Part shown: positions 27,132 through 36,641 of the stretch, in pieces | Numbering within the stretch: position 1 is the first letter of the stretch | How the letters are laid out: each line of letters opens with the position of its first letter | DNA from: Acidobacteriota bacterium | GTDB lineage: Bacteria; Acidobacteriota; UBA6911; RPQK01; JAJDTT01 | Assembly: GCA_965116695.1 (NCBI GenBank) | Contig: OZ220706.1 | Coordinates: 706,415-770,414, forward strand | Direction of reading: 5' to 3' | Length of the DNA: 64,000 nt | The notes under the pieces: model-generated | Told to the model about the DNA's origin: nothing | Database searches by the model: none | The model's input: the letters and a program-made list of their open reading frames with translations, nothing else | Made by a program: the position numbers and the translations under genes

Positions 27132-29642
27132 ATGATGACGAACACCCGTTGGCTCGTGGCCACGATCCTGGTCTGCCTGTCTCTTGGACAGGATGTCCGA
27201 TCCCAGGACTCGACCACACCTGTGGATCTGACCCCCTATCTCGTCCAACCGAAAGCCCAGGAGTCGGGTCCGTCCGGATTCCGGTTGACTTTCGTCGACC
27301 AGGCCAGCCACCGGCTCCAATTCCAGTACGGGACTGATGAGGCCGTCGAACTGCAAGTGTCGGTCGGGTACCCGGCGGGAGGAGCCCGAACCCTGCGCCG
27401 GCTCCTGGACCCAATCCCGGAAGACTCTCAGCAAAGTTTCGATCTGGGTCCCCTGCTGGCCCACGGCCCCTACAGCCCGATTCCCGCCTACACCCGCAAG
27501 GGACCCCAGGCCAGAAGCTGGCGTCCCTTGCGCACCGGCTGGTGGGTCGATACCCAGGACGCGGGCAAGTATCTCGTCACCGTCATGGCAAGACGCGTGA
27601 AGGACGGCCAGACCCTGTTTACCACCGACCTGCGCCTCCCGGTCCAGAACTGGGTGGGAGCGGATCTGGACCGACTGGCCTACATCGACGACAACGCCGC
27701 CGAGATCGAGCTCTGGCTGGAGAAGGGCGCACCGGTCTCGGAACTGCCGGTGGAAGTGGATATCGTGCAAGCCCGGACCGGCGTCCGGCGATCCTCCTCC
27801 AGTCCGATCCGCCTCACCCGGGACAGGGTCCGGGTGGGGTTCGACCTCACCGACCTGGAGCCGGCGACCTATCACGTCCGGATCCGGCCCCGGATCGACG
27901 GCCGCCTCTGGGACGACGGCATCCGCCGGGCCCTCTACGTGTTCCGGAACGGGCCGCCGCCCAAACCGGAGCCGCCCATCGAGATCCCGGTGGCTCCCCA
28001 GTTGTTCCTGGACGACTTCCTGATCGACGAACAGCGGAATCTCGAGCGGGTCTTCCATCCGGCCGGCAAGCTGGACGCCCAACCGATCGTCCGCGCGGAC
28101 CGTCCCTGGGAGGGGCACGCGGTCATGGTGCCCGTTGGCTCGAGATACGAATTCAACGCGAAGGAGAATCGCTACGAACTCGAATACATCAGCCTGACGC
28201 CCCGCCACCGGTTGCTGGCCGTCTCCAGCGACGGCGTCCGTTGGACCAAGCCGGATCTGGGCCTGGTGGAGTTCGAGGGATCCCGGGCCAACAACATCCT
28301 GGAGGTCATTCCCCGCGGAAGTCACTTGGACGCGGGCGGCCAATTCGGGGGACTGTGGGACTACCGGACTCGCGGAGTGCCCGATCTTCGGACCGCCAGC
28401 ATGGTCTACACCCCCAAGACCGAGGACATGTTCTTCCTCCGGGGGACGTACCTGATGGTCCGGGACTCGGATGGGACCCGGTATCTCACCACGGAACGGC
28501 CCTTCATGCGGCATCACTCGCAGTTGGAGTCGTTGGACAATCCCAACGACAACCTGGGGCCCATGTTCTACGACGAGCGAACCGGTGAGCTGGTGTTGTA
28601 CTTCGCACCGCATCCTCCGGCCAAGGGGCGGGGTCTGGTTCGCTACGACAACAAGTGGGCGGTCTCGCGGAACCTGGGACGCATGACCACGCGAGACGGC
28701 GTGAACTGGCACCGCAGCTACATCTGGGCGCCGCCCCGGAAGCATCCCAAGCACCAAAGTTACGGAATGCAGCGGGTGAAGCAGATCGGCGACCTCTACG
28801 TGGCGTTCTTTCCCCTCTACGACTGCGAGACGCAGCAGATGGACGTCCATATCTGGGTAAGCCGGAACGGGATCCACTGGGAGGACGTGGGCGGCGATCA
28901 GGCCTGGATCCCCACCGGACCCGACGGCAGCTTCGATCATGGGATCGTCTACAGCCTTATCGACGGGCCGGTGGATGGGGACCGGTCCGAGGCCTTTTAC
29001 CATGGCACGAATACCCTTCACTTCAATGCCTGGATCCTGAACCGGTTGCGGGGAGGGTTGGATGATCCTCCGGTGCCGGCCTCCGAGATCTTCGACGAGC
29101 AGACCTACAACGGACGGCCCTACCTGTCCCCGCCGGCGCCGGTGGGGCCTGGATGGGCCATGTACGACTGCATCTGGAGCTGGCGGCGTCCGCAGTGCAA
29201 CCCGACTATGGAGGAGGTGCGGGAGGCATTCTGGGCCGAGTTGGAGAAGCACACCGGGCAGAACCGGAGCAACCACGTCGAGAAGAGCTGGGAGTACGAG
29301 ATCGTACCGTTCCGCGTGGAGTTTCGGACCAATGGGTTTGCATCGAGGCGGGCTGAAGATCAAACAGGCGTGTTGACGACCCACGCCTTGATATTTCAGG
29401 GAAACCGCCTGACGGTGAACGCCGCGGCCGGCAAGGGCCGAGTGACGGTGGAGGTCCTTGACGAAGAGGGCCGCCCCCTGCCCGGCTATGCCCGCGAGGA
29501 TTGTCTTCTTGAGTCCTTCGACAGCACCCGGCAAGAGGTCAGGTGGCGCGAAAAGTCGAGTCTTGCAGCGCTTAGGGACCAGCCGGTTCGTCTTCGATTT
29601 TACGTCCAGAAGGCTGATCTGTACGGATTTCAGATCCGATAG
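27132..29642 (+). CDS. Secreted LFVDDxLI-family glycoside-hydrolase-like protein, paralogue 2, with a 330-aa N-terminal extension
   Basis: 836 aa; signal peptide; PQLFLDDFLIDE, RPWEGH; C-terminal PVRLRFYVQKADLYGFQIR. Its 3' 1.5 kb is the source of the truncated duplicate at 35175-36038. Confidence 0.5.
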   Translation: MMTNTRWLVATILVCLSLGQDVRSQDSTTPVDLTPYLVQPKAQESGPSGFRLTFVDQASHRLQFQYGTDEAVELQVSVGYPAGGARTLRRLLDPIPEDSQQSFDLGPLLAHGPYSPIPAYTRKGPQARSWRPLRTGWWVDTQDAGKYLVTVMARRVKDGQTLFTTDLRLPVQNWVGADLDRLAYIDDNAAEIELWLEKGAPVSELPVEVDIVQARTGVRRSSSSPIRLTRDRVRVGFDLTDLEPATYHVRIRPRIDGRLWDDGIRRALYVFRNGPPPKPEPPIEIPVAPQLFLDDFLIDEQRNLERVFHPAGKLDAQPIVRADRPWEGHAVMVPVGSRYEFNAKENRYELEYISLTPRHRLLAVSSDGVRWTKPDLGLVEFEGSRANNILEVIPRGSHLDAGGQFGGLWDYRTRGVPDLRTASMVYTPKTEDMFFLRGTYLMVRDSDGTRYLTTERPFMRHHSQLESLDNPNDNLGPMFYDERTGELVLYFAPHPPAKGRGLVRYDNKWAVSRNLGRMTTRDGVNWHRSYIWAPPRKHPKHQSYGMQRVKQIGDLYVAFFPLYDCETQQMDVHIWVSRNGIHWEDVGGDQAWIPTGPDGSFDHGIVYSLIDGPVDGDRSEAFYHGTNTLHFNAWILNRLRGGLDDPPVPASEIFDEQTYNGRPYLSPPAPVGPGWAMYDCIWSWRRPQCNPTMEEVREAFWAELEKHTGQNRSNHVEKSWEYEIVPFRVEFRTNGFASRRAEDQTGVLTTHALIFQGNRLTVNAAAGKGRVTVEVLDEEGRPLPGYAREDCLLESFDSTRQEVRWREKSSLAALRDQPVRLRFYVQKADLYGFQIR

Positions 29643-29838
29643 GCAATTCGTTCGATCACCCAACCTCTGAATAGGAAGGCGATTTCCAGTCGTCCATTCC
29701 TGCGTTCGTTCGCGAATTCATTCCACCCTGCGCTCCTGCGACGACGTTCCCTATGTTCGGCGATCAAAAACCGCCGAACCTTGTCGGCCATTCATCACAG
29801 CCGGCAGTCATGGTTCTGCAGGAAAAGTGCCGGAGTAC

Positions 29839-29862
29839 AAATGAAAATGGATTTCATTTTCA
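29839..29862. promoter_or_regulatory. Fur-box-like palindrome AAATGAAAATGGATTTCATTTTCA
   Basis: 14/19 match to GATAATGATAATCATTATC; lies in a 300-bp AT-rich island upstream of the porin-imelysin operon. Confidence 0.45.
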
Positions 29863-29902
29863 CTTGCACTCCGCCGAGATAGCCCCTACCATAGCGCACG
29901 TT

Positions 29903-29926
29903 AATGAAATTGCATTTCATTTTCAT
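29903..29926. promoter_or_regulatory. Second Fur-box-like palindrome AATGAAATTGCATTTCATTTTCAT
   Basis: Same hexamer-repeat architecture, 64 bp downstream of the first. Confidence 0.45.
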
Positions 29927-30061
29927 CGAGTAACGGAGCCGAAGAGTCTCTTGCCATGGGATCCCGTCTGAGACTCGGGGGGTCAATGGGAGGCATGCGG
30001 AGAGCACTGCCGTAAGGGGTCTTCTCCGCTTCGGGCGGCTTATCCAAAAAAAGGTAGGCGG

Positions 30062-31576
30062 ATGGACGGGAAGAAGACGTTAGCAAGGAGCGGTGTATTG
30101 GGAACGACGAGCGTTCTGCTGCTCGTTGCGACACTTCAGGCTGCCGGACCGCCGGCGGAGAATCGAGACACTCCGGTCTCAAAAGGAGGGACGGACAGCC
30201 GTCAGATCTCCGATCCTGAGGAATTGCTTCAGATCATCGAAGCGCAACAAGAGCAGATCCACGCACTGCAGCGGGCGTTGGACGAACTCCGGGAGCAGGT
30301 GCAGGGCATGGTCGAGCGCCGGAGCCCGGAGACGCCTGCTCCCCGCCGGCCCGGCAGTGAGTTGGCCGAGAGAAAGCCCGGTCCCACCTTCAAGGAGAAC
30401 GTCCGGGGGGACGCCGGTTCCAAATGGGAATTTTCAGGCTACGGGACGATCTTTTACGAAAACTACGACTGGGAAACTCATGCCGACCGTCGGGCGAGAA
30501 CCGACGTCGAGAGAATCCTGATTGAGGCCGAGTACCAGCCCATCGACAAGTTCAAGGTGGAGGTGGAGGTCGCTTTGGAGCATGGGGGCGTCGGCGCCGC
30601 TACGGAGTTCGACGTATTCGAGGAGTTCGGAGAGTTCGAACAGGAAATCGAAAAAGGCGGTGAGATCGAACTCGAGAAGGCACATGCCGAGATCCTGTTT
30701 TCCCGTGCTCTGAGCGTGAAATTCGGGCACGTGATCCTCCCTGTGGGGTTGTTGAACCAACGCCACCTACCATCCCAATACTTCACCGCCGCTCGCGATG
30801 CGACGGCCAGCCCGCTCATTCCCGTCACCTGGCACGAAAACGGTGTCGGTGTTTTCGGCGAGCTGGGGCTCTTCGGCGGCACCTATCTCGAGTATGAGGC
30901 TCAGTTCGTCAATGGCTTGGATTCGACGGGATTCAGTTCGGCGAACTGGATCCGGGGCGGTTTTCAAGAGAGGTTCGAGTACAAGGTGGCCGAGAACCCG
31001 GCCTATGTCTTCAACCTGAACGTCCACCCGACCGCGAGTGCCATGTTCGGCGTCTCCTTCTATCGCGGCAACACGGCCGACAATCGTCCCAAGGATGACG
31101 TGGACTACGACGCGCACGTCAACATCGGCTCCGTGTTCGGAACCTGGGAAGCCGGCGCGATCACTCTACGGGGGGAATATATCCGTGGAACCCTGGAAAA
31201 CTCCGACCTCTTGACGCGGTCCAACCGGCGACTGTCCAACAACCTGGGAGTCGTCCGCTCGCCCGTAGCCCGGGCCGCCGAGTCGGTCTACGTCGAGTTC
31301 GGCTACGACATATCCGAGTGGATCAAGCGCGGTCTCGGCGTCAATCCCGGCCCGCTCGACCTGTTCGTTCGCTATGACCAAGTCGACAGCATGGCCGAAG
31401 TGGAGCCGCTTGTCTTCAAGAACCCCAGATGGGACCGGGAAAGCTGGACGCTCGGCTTCAACTACCGGTTCGCTTCCGGATTCGTAGGGAAGTTCGGACA
31501 TAGCTGGAGGACCTTGGGCACCGCAACGCAAAACCGCGAAAACACTCTCTCAGCGGGAGTTGCGTACGAGTACTGA
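30062..31576 (+). CDS. Outer-membrane beta-barrel porin with an N-terminal coiled-coil segment
   Basis: Signal peptide; heptad-like EELLQIIEAQQEQIHALQRALDELREQVQGM; alternating beta-strand pattern; ends GVAYEY. Confidence 0.55.
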   Translation: MDGKKTLARSGVLGTTSVLLLVATLQAAGPPAENRDTPVSKGGTDSRQISDPEELLQIIEAQQEQIHALQRALDELREQVQGMVERRSPETPAPRRPGSELAERKPGPTFKENVRGDAGSKWEFSGYGTIFYENYDWETHADRRARTDVERILIEAEYQPIDKFKVEVEVALEHGGVGAATEFDVFEEFGEFEQEIEKGGEIELEKAHAEILFSRALSVKFGHVILPVGLLNQRHLPSQYFTAARDATASPLIPVTWHENGVGVFGELGLFGGTYLEYEAQFVNGLDSTGFSSANWIRGGFQERFEYKVAENPAYVFNLNVHPTASAMFGVSFYRGNTADNRPKDDVDYDAHVNIGSVFGTWEAGAITLRGEYIRGTLENSDLLTRSNRRLSNNLGVVRSPVARAAESVYVEFGYDISEWIKRGLGVNPGPLDLFVRYDQVDSMAEVEPLVFKNPRWDRESWTLGFNYRFASGFVGKFGHSWRTLGTATQNRENTLSAGVAYEY

Positions 31577-31604
31577 TCGTTCCAATCGAAAGGAGAAAAG
31601 AGAA

Positions 31605-32930
31605 ATGAGGCGTTCAATTTTAATGGTGGCAGGCTTAGCCATGCTTTGCAGTTCGTGGTCCCAGGGTCAGATCCGGCCGCCGGTCTATTCGGTGATCACC
31701 GAGGGCACGAAGGTGACGCTCTACTGGGACGATGTCGAGGGGGCGGACGGATACCGCGTCTACTACGCTCCGTATCCGGATGCAAACCCCATCGGTTTCG
31801 TGGACTTCGGTCCGGATGTCACCACGGTGGCTACCGACCAGCAAGAGGGCGCGCACTACTATTCCGCCGTCACGGCGAAAAAAGGCGAGGAGGAAAGCGC
31901 CTGGTCGAACATCGAGATCTTCCACGCGACGTCGCTGGATCCTGCCGATGCAAACGCCACCGAAGCTGAAATCATCTCGAATGTCGCCCAAACGGTCATC
32001 GCGGCAGACTATGCCGAACTGGAGAGACGCGCCGCAGTTCTGCTCAATACGGTCTACGCCGTCAGCTTCGACACCTCCGACGACAACCTCCTGGAGGCTC
32101 AACAGGCCTGGCGTAACGCCCGGCGGGCCTGGGAGCAGACCGAAGCGTTCCTGTTCGGCCCCGTGGACACTGCGGGCCTCGATCCGGCCATCGACAGTTG
32201 GCCGGTCAACCGGGTCGATCTGGATGCGGTGTTGAACAGCGACAACGTTCTCACCGAGGACTTCGTGGCCAACTTGGACGATACGCTGAAGGGCTTTCAC
32301 ACCATCGAGTACCTGCTGTTTGGTGTCGGCAGCGCCAAGCCTGCGTCGGAGCTGACCGCGAGGCAGAAAGAATACTTGGTGGCGGCTTGCCTCAACCTGG
32401 CGTCGGCCACGAAGACTCTGGCGGATGGCTGGCGGTCTGGAGAAGGAAGTTATCTCGCCGAGTTCGTCAATGCCGGAACCACCAGCACCATCTACACCAG
32501 CACGACTTCGGCTCTTCAGGAATTGGTTGAAGGGATGGGTATCATTGCCGATGAGGTCGGCAACGGAAAGATTGCGGACCCCTTCGACGAGAGGAACACG
32601 GAACTGGTGGAGTCCCAGTTCAGCTACAACTCGATCATGGACTTTGCCGACAATATTCGGGGCATTGAAAACGTCTACATTGGCCGCTACCTGCACAATG
32701 ACGGTCCTGGACTCGACGATCTGGTGAAGCGGACCAACGCTGAATTGGATCAGAAGATGCGCACTGCGATAACGACGGCCATCAGCGAGATTGAGAAGAT
32801 CCCGTACCCCTTCAGGGACGCAATATCGACAGACGAGGGGCGCGCTCAAATTGATACTGCCCAGGAAGCGGTGATCGATGTGCAGTTGCTGATCGAAGGA
32901 GAGCTGCTCAGCCACGTGCTGGGTCGGTAG
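31605..32930 (+). CDS. Imelysin-like (peptidase M75/IrpA/EfeO-like) periplasmic protein with an N-terminal Fn3-like domain
   Basis: GxHxxE imelysin signature (LKGFHTIEYLLFG); N-terminal VTLYWDDVEGADGYRVYYAP Fn3-like strand; SD sequence AGGAG before the ATG. Confidence 0.7.
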   Translation: MRRSILMVAGLAMLCSSWSQGQIRPPVYSVITEGTKVTLYWDDVEGADGYRVYYAPYPDANPIGFVDFGPDVTTVATDQQEGAHYYSAVTAKKGEEESAWSNIEIFHATSLDPADANATEAEIISNVAQTVIAADYAELERRAAVLLNTVYAVSFDTSDDNLLEAQQAWRNARRAWEQTEAFLFGPVDTAGLDPAIDSWPVNRVDLDAVLNSDNVLTEDFVANLDDTLKGFHTIEYLLFGVGSAKPASELTARQKEYLVAACLNLASATKTLADGWRSGEGSYLAEFVNAGTTSTIYTSTTSALQELVEGMGIIADEVGNGKIADPFDERNTELVESQFSYNSIMDFADNIRGIENVYIGRYLHNDGPGLDDLVKRTNAELDQKMRTAITTAISEIEKIPYPFRDAISTDEGRAQIDTAQEAVIDVQLLIEGELLSHVLGR

Positions 32931-32965
32931 GTCCGCCGGGGACAGGCGCGTTTCGATGACCGACG

Positions 32966-34579
32966 ATGAGATTCAAGTTCTGCATCGCGACAGTCTCAAT
33001 TGGCATCATGGTGAGCGTCGCCGTCGCGCTCACCGGGGACGACGCGCCTGCCCTCACGGTTTCTCAAGACGGGTCTACCATCACGGCCGAATGGACGGCC
33101 GTGAGCTGGGCCGAAGGTTATATCCTCGTCTACGCTCCATTCCCGGAGTTTCAGCCTGTCCACGGTCTCGACCTGGCTTTGCGCCGCAGCCATTCGTTGC
33201 AGTTGGGAGATCTGGACAGCTACGTGATGGCCGTTTTCCCGTATCGGGAGTATGTGCGGCTCAACGCGGTCTCGAATATCGTCGTGGCCGAATTGGATCC
33301 TGCCCTTTCGGGCGGTGAAACGACCGCCTTCACTCCCACCAGCAACGCTTTCTCTACGCCGGCTCCGAACTTGTCCGATGAGGGCGGGGTACGTCACCGC
33401 GAGGGTGACAAGGATTTCGGGGCGGTTTTCGTGACGGCCCCGGCGCCGGTCAATTCCGGGTTGGGTCCCGTCTTCAATCACAACTCCTGCGAGTCCTGTC
33501 ACCCGAAGGACGGGCGAGACGCCGCGCCGGAACACGGCGAGGAAATGGACACCATGTTTCTCCGTCTGAGCCTGCCCGGGTCCGATCCTCATACGGGCGA
33601 GGCAATCCCGGTTCCGGGATTCGGAACGCAACTGTTCACCAAGGCCATTTTCGGGACGGAGCCGGAAGCGACGGTGACCGTCACATACGAGGAGGAGACG
33701 GTCACGTTGGCGGGCAGCGGCGTGGAAGTGAGCTTGCGGACACCCTCCCATACCGTTGAATCATCCACCGATTTGCCGGCGGATACGTTGTTTTCGCCGC
33801 GGGTCGGACCACCCGTATTTGGCCGGGGCCTGCTCGAGGCGATACCGGCGCATACAATCCTGGCGATGGCCGACGAAGAGGATGCGGACGGCGACGGGAT
33901 TTCAGGGCGCGCCAATTTTGTCTGGGATCCGGAGCAGCAGCAGACCGTGCTCGGACGTTTCGGGTTGAAGGCGAACAACCCGAATCTGCGATTGCAAGCC
34001 GCTGCGGCATACCATAACGATATCGGCATCACGTCCCCGGTATTCGTCCAGGAGAGCTCCACGGGCCAAGTCCAGGACGACCTCCTGGACGACGATCCCG
34101 AAATCGACGAGGAAACTCTTCAGGACGCGACCTTCTACGTCCAGACGTTGGGCGTTCCGGCGAGGCGCGACGTCGATTCCCCTGAAGTCCAACTTGGACA
34201 GTACGTCTTTGCTCTGGCCAACTGCCACAGTTGCCACGTGCCGGTGCTGAAGACCGGGGACTTCCCGGTCGCCGAGCTGGCCCACCAGGTGATCCGCCCA
34301 TACACGGACATGTTGTTGCATGACATGGGACCGGGACTGGCCGATCTCCGGCCGGATTTCCTGGCCACCGGCAGCGAATGGAGAACCCCTCCCTTGTGGG
34401 GCATCGGCCTGACCAAGGTCGTGAACGGTCACACTTCGTTTCTGCACGACGGCCGCGCCAGGAACCTGCTCGAAGCAATCATGTGGCACGGGGGAGAAGC
34501 GGAAGAATCGCGCCTGTTCGTAGAGGATCTGTCCAAGCGCGAACTGGATGCCCTGCTGGCGTTTCTCAACTCGCTTTAG
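32966..34579 (+). CDS. Di-haem cytochrome c peroxidase-like protein (DUF1111, so-called thiol oxidoreductase, the usual imelysin partner)
   Basis: Two CxxCH motifs (NSCESCH, ANCHSCH); CCP/MauG-like C-terminus LDALLAFLNSL; N-terminal Fn3-like TITAEWTAVSWAEGYILVYAP. Confidence 0.65.
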   Translation: MRFKFCIATVSIGIMVSVAVALTGDDAPALTVSQDGSTITAEWTAVSWAEGYILVYAPFPEFQPVHGLDLALRRSHSLQLGDLDSYVMAVFPYREYVRLNAVSNIVVAELDPALSGGETTAFTPTSNAFSTPAPNLSDEGGVRHREGDKDFGAVFVTAPAPVNSGLGPVFNHNSCESCHPKDGRDAAPEHGEEMDTMFLRLSLPGSDPHTGEAIPVPGFGTQLFTKAIFGTEPEATVTVTYEEETVTLAGSGVEVSLRTPSHTVESSTDLPADTLFSPRVGPPVFGRGLLEAIPAHTILAMADEEDADGDGISGRANFVWDPEQQQTVLGRFGLKANNPNLRLQAAAAYHNDIGITSPVFVQESSTGQVQDDLLDDDPEIDEETLQDATFYVQTLGVPARRDVDSPEVQLGQYVFALANCHSCHVPVLKTGDFPVAELAHQVIRPYTDMLLHDMGPGLADLRPDFLATGSEWRTPPLWGIGLTKVVNGHTSFLHDGRARNLLEAIMWHGGEAEESRLFVEDLSKRELDALLAFLNSL

Positions 34580-34805
34580 CTGCCCCGGTCGTCAACGAGT
34601 CTGCCGTCGAGGCCGGATTCGTAGATCCAGCTCGAGAAGAACACTGCAGTCGGCGGGGATGCCAACCCTTCCGGAAAGGTCGCGGCACGCACGGGCCTGA
34701 ACCACCGCAACCCGGATCGGTCCATTACGAGATGGCGTAGAAGGAGAAGTATCAAGAGGAGAGACAAAGGTGGGATTAGAGGTGGAAAGCGTTAGTGTGA
34801 AGATC

Positions 34806-35135
34806 ATGTCTCGGCGTGTCTGGACGGTGGAAGGCAAGGGTCTGGATGAGTCGCAGTCGTGGAGTTTTGACCATCGGGAGGACGCCGAGTGGTTTCGAGA
34901 TGTGGTACGGGAGTACTGGAATGCCCAATGCCCGAAATGTGGCATGGAGAATATGTTGGGCCTTGATGTGAGTGGTGAACATTTGTACGGATGGACCGTC
35001 TTGGTTTTCTGCGGTTACCACACATGCAGCTTTGCCAAGAGTATTGTCTCTTTCGGCGACCCGACCCGTGCCGTCGGGGACCCTTCCGCCAGCCGGTCGT
35101 CGAACGGATTCGAGCAAGTTTCGAAGAGAAGATAG
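34806..35135 (+). CDS. Small hypothetical protein with a CPKCG...C..H.C zinc-ribbon-like motif
   Basis: ORF only; purine-rich leader upstream; no family recognised. Confidence 0.25.
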   Translation: MSRRVWTVEGKGLDESQSWSFDHREDAEWFRDVVREYWNAQCPKCGMENMLGLDVSGEHLYGWTVLVFCGYHTCSFAKSIVSFGDPTRAVGDPSASRSSNGFEQVSKRR

Positions 35136-35174
35136 CAGTCCGCTTCTCCCCACCTATCTTCCTGTCTCCAACTG

Positions 35175-36038
35175 CATCCGCAACCGATCGTCCGCGAAGA
35201 CCGGCCCTGGGAAAGGCACGCGTTCATGGTGCCCGTTGGCTCGAGATACGAATTCAACGAGAAGGAGAACCGCTACGAACTGGAATACATCAGCCTGACG
35301 CCCCGCCACCGGTTGCTGGCCGTCTCCAGCGACGGCGTCCGTTGGACAAAGCCGGATCTGGGCCCGGTGGAGGAGGGCCGGTCCGAGGCGTTCTACCACG
35401 GGACGGATACCCTTCACTTCAACGCCTGGATCCTGAACCGGTTGCAGGGAGGGTTGGATGATCCTCCGGTGCCGGCCTCCGAGATCTTCGACGAGAAGAC
35501 TTATAACGGACGGCCCTATCTGTCCCCACCCGCACCGGTGGGACCGGGATGGGCCATGTACGACTGCATTTGGAGCTGGCGGCGGCCGCAGTGCAATCCG
35601 ACCATGGAGGAGGTGCGGGAGGCCTTCTGGGCCGAGTTGGAGGAGTACACTGGACAGAACCGGAGCAACCACGTCGAGAAGAGCTGGGAGTACGAGATCG
35701 TGCCGTTCCGCGTGGAGTTTCGCACCAACGGGTTCGCGTCGAGGCGTGCTGGGGAGCAGGAGGGTGTGCTGACGACCCACCCGCTGATCTTCCAGGGGAG
35801 CCGAATAACGGTGAGCGCCGCGGCTGGTGGGGGTCAAGTACCGGTAGAAGTCCTGAACGAAGGGGGCCGTCCCCTGTCCGGCTACAGTCGGGATAAGTGT
35901 CAGTTGCCAGCCTTCGACAGCACCGAGCAGGAGGTAACCTGGACCGGGAAATCAGATCTGGCTGAGTTACGAGGCCAGCCGGTTCGCCTCCGATTCCACC
36001 TTCAGAAGGCCGATCTCTATGGATTTCAGATCCCATGA
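35175..36038 (+). pseudogene. Truncated, internally deleted duplicate of the 3' half of the gene at 27132..29642
   Basis: Nucleotide homology 35175-35370 to 28073-28267 and 35375-36038 to about 28980-29642, about 90% identity. About 720 bp are missing at a GGTGGA microhomology. No N-terminal half or signal peptide. Confidence 0.8.
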
Positions 36039-36101
36039 ATCGTATGTGTTAGAGGAGGAGCGTTTCTGCATAAGCACCTCCACACTATTTGCAATGGTGG
36101 G

Positions 36102-36641
36102 TTATATAGTGCGCGGAGACCAACCCAGATGGGATTCAATTTCTCTACGACCGACCGTATCAATTTGTAATGGCGCCCGTTCGATATATTCCTTCGCAAT
36201 ATCCCGTTTTGGACCCGTAAGATTAGAAAGGTATTTGACGACGTCACTGCGGGATATGTTTGGACGTAGAGCTGTCCACACCACGTGGTCAATGCTCCGG
36301 GACTCAGCCCATGAACTGAGACCAACAATGGTGCTTGACGGAAGTTCTAGCCTATTCTGGGTTCGGTTGTAGTGTCCTATCAATCTCTCTGCGTTGCCAT
36401 GTTTGATACGTTCGCGAGCTGCTAGTTCTTTCTTTGCTTCATGCGGCGTTTCAACGGTCATGAGTGTCCACAAACTGCGAACGAGTTGTGCTTTGGGGTG
36501 CAGGACAAGAGTAATGCGACCGTCACGTGATCTGCGGGTGAACTCTGCTCTCAATAGTGGTCCATCCATATGCCATTGCCGATGGATTGGTAATGCGCGT
36601 GGATTCCAAATAAGAGAACCCCAACCTAAACATGCAATCAA
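36102..36641 (-). CDS. ChaC/gamma-glutamylcyclotransferase-like protein on a 48%-GC island
   Basis: N-terminal MIACLGWGSLIWNP matches the ChaC [FW]GYGSL[IM]WNP motif; downstream segment order resembles ChaC; strongly atypical base composition. Confidence 0.45.
   Translation of the reverse strand: MIACLGWGSLIWNPRALPIHRQWHMDGPLLRAEFTRRSRDGRITLVLHPKAQLVRSLWTLMTVETPHEAKKELAARERIKHGNAERLIGHYNRTQNRLELPSSTIVGLSSWAESRSIDHVVWTALRPNISRSDVVKYLSNLTGPKRDIAKEYIERAPLQIDTVGRREIESHLGWSPRTI

Noticed and set aside
27108-29663. 851-aa ORF on the minus strand antisense to the GH-like gene. Similar long antisense ORFs: 8243..9634, 6393..8021, 19741..21009, 46670..48259, 48347..49906, 52853..54244, 54338..55720, 60615..62105, 62109..63038, 38748..39689, 935..1801, 1599..2564.
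   Set aside because: Shadow ORFs typical of high-GC DNA. Arg/Pro/Gly-rich low-complexity translations with no domain signatures, while the opposite strand carries recognisable proteins.
29753-29971. 72-aa ORF spanning the Fur-box-like palindromes
   Set aside because: Lies in an AT-rich promoter island, has no SD sequence and has low-complexity translation. The palindromes are better explained as operator sites.
36019-36372. 117-aa plus-strand ORF overlapping the ChaC-like gene
   Set aside because: Antisense overlap with a gene that has a recognisable N-terminal motif; no features of its own.
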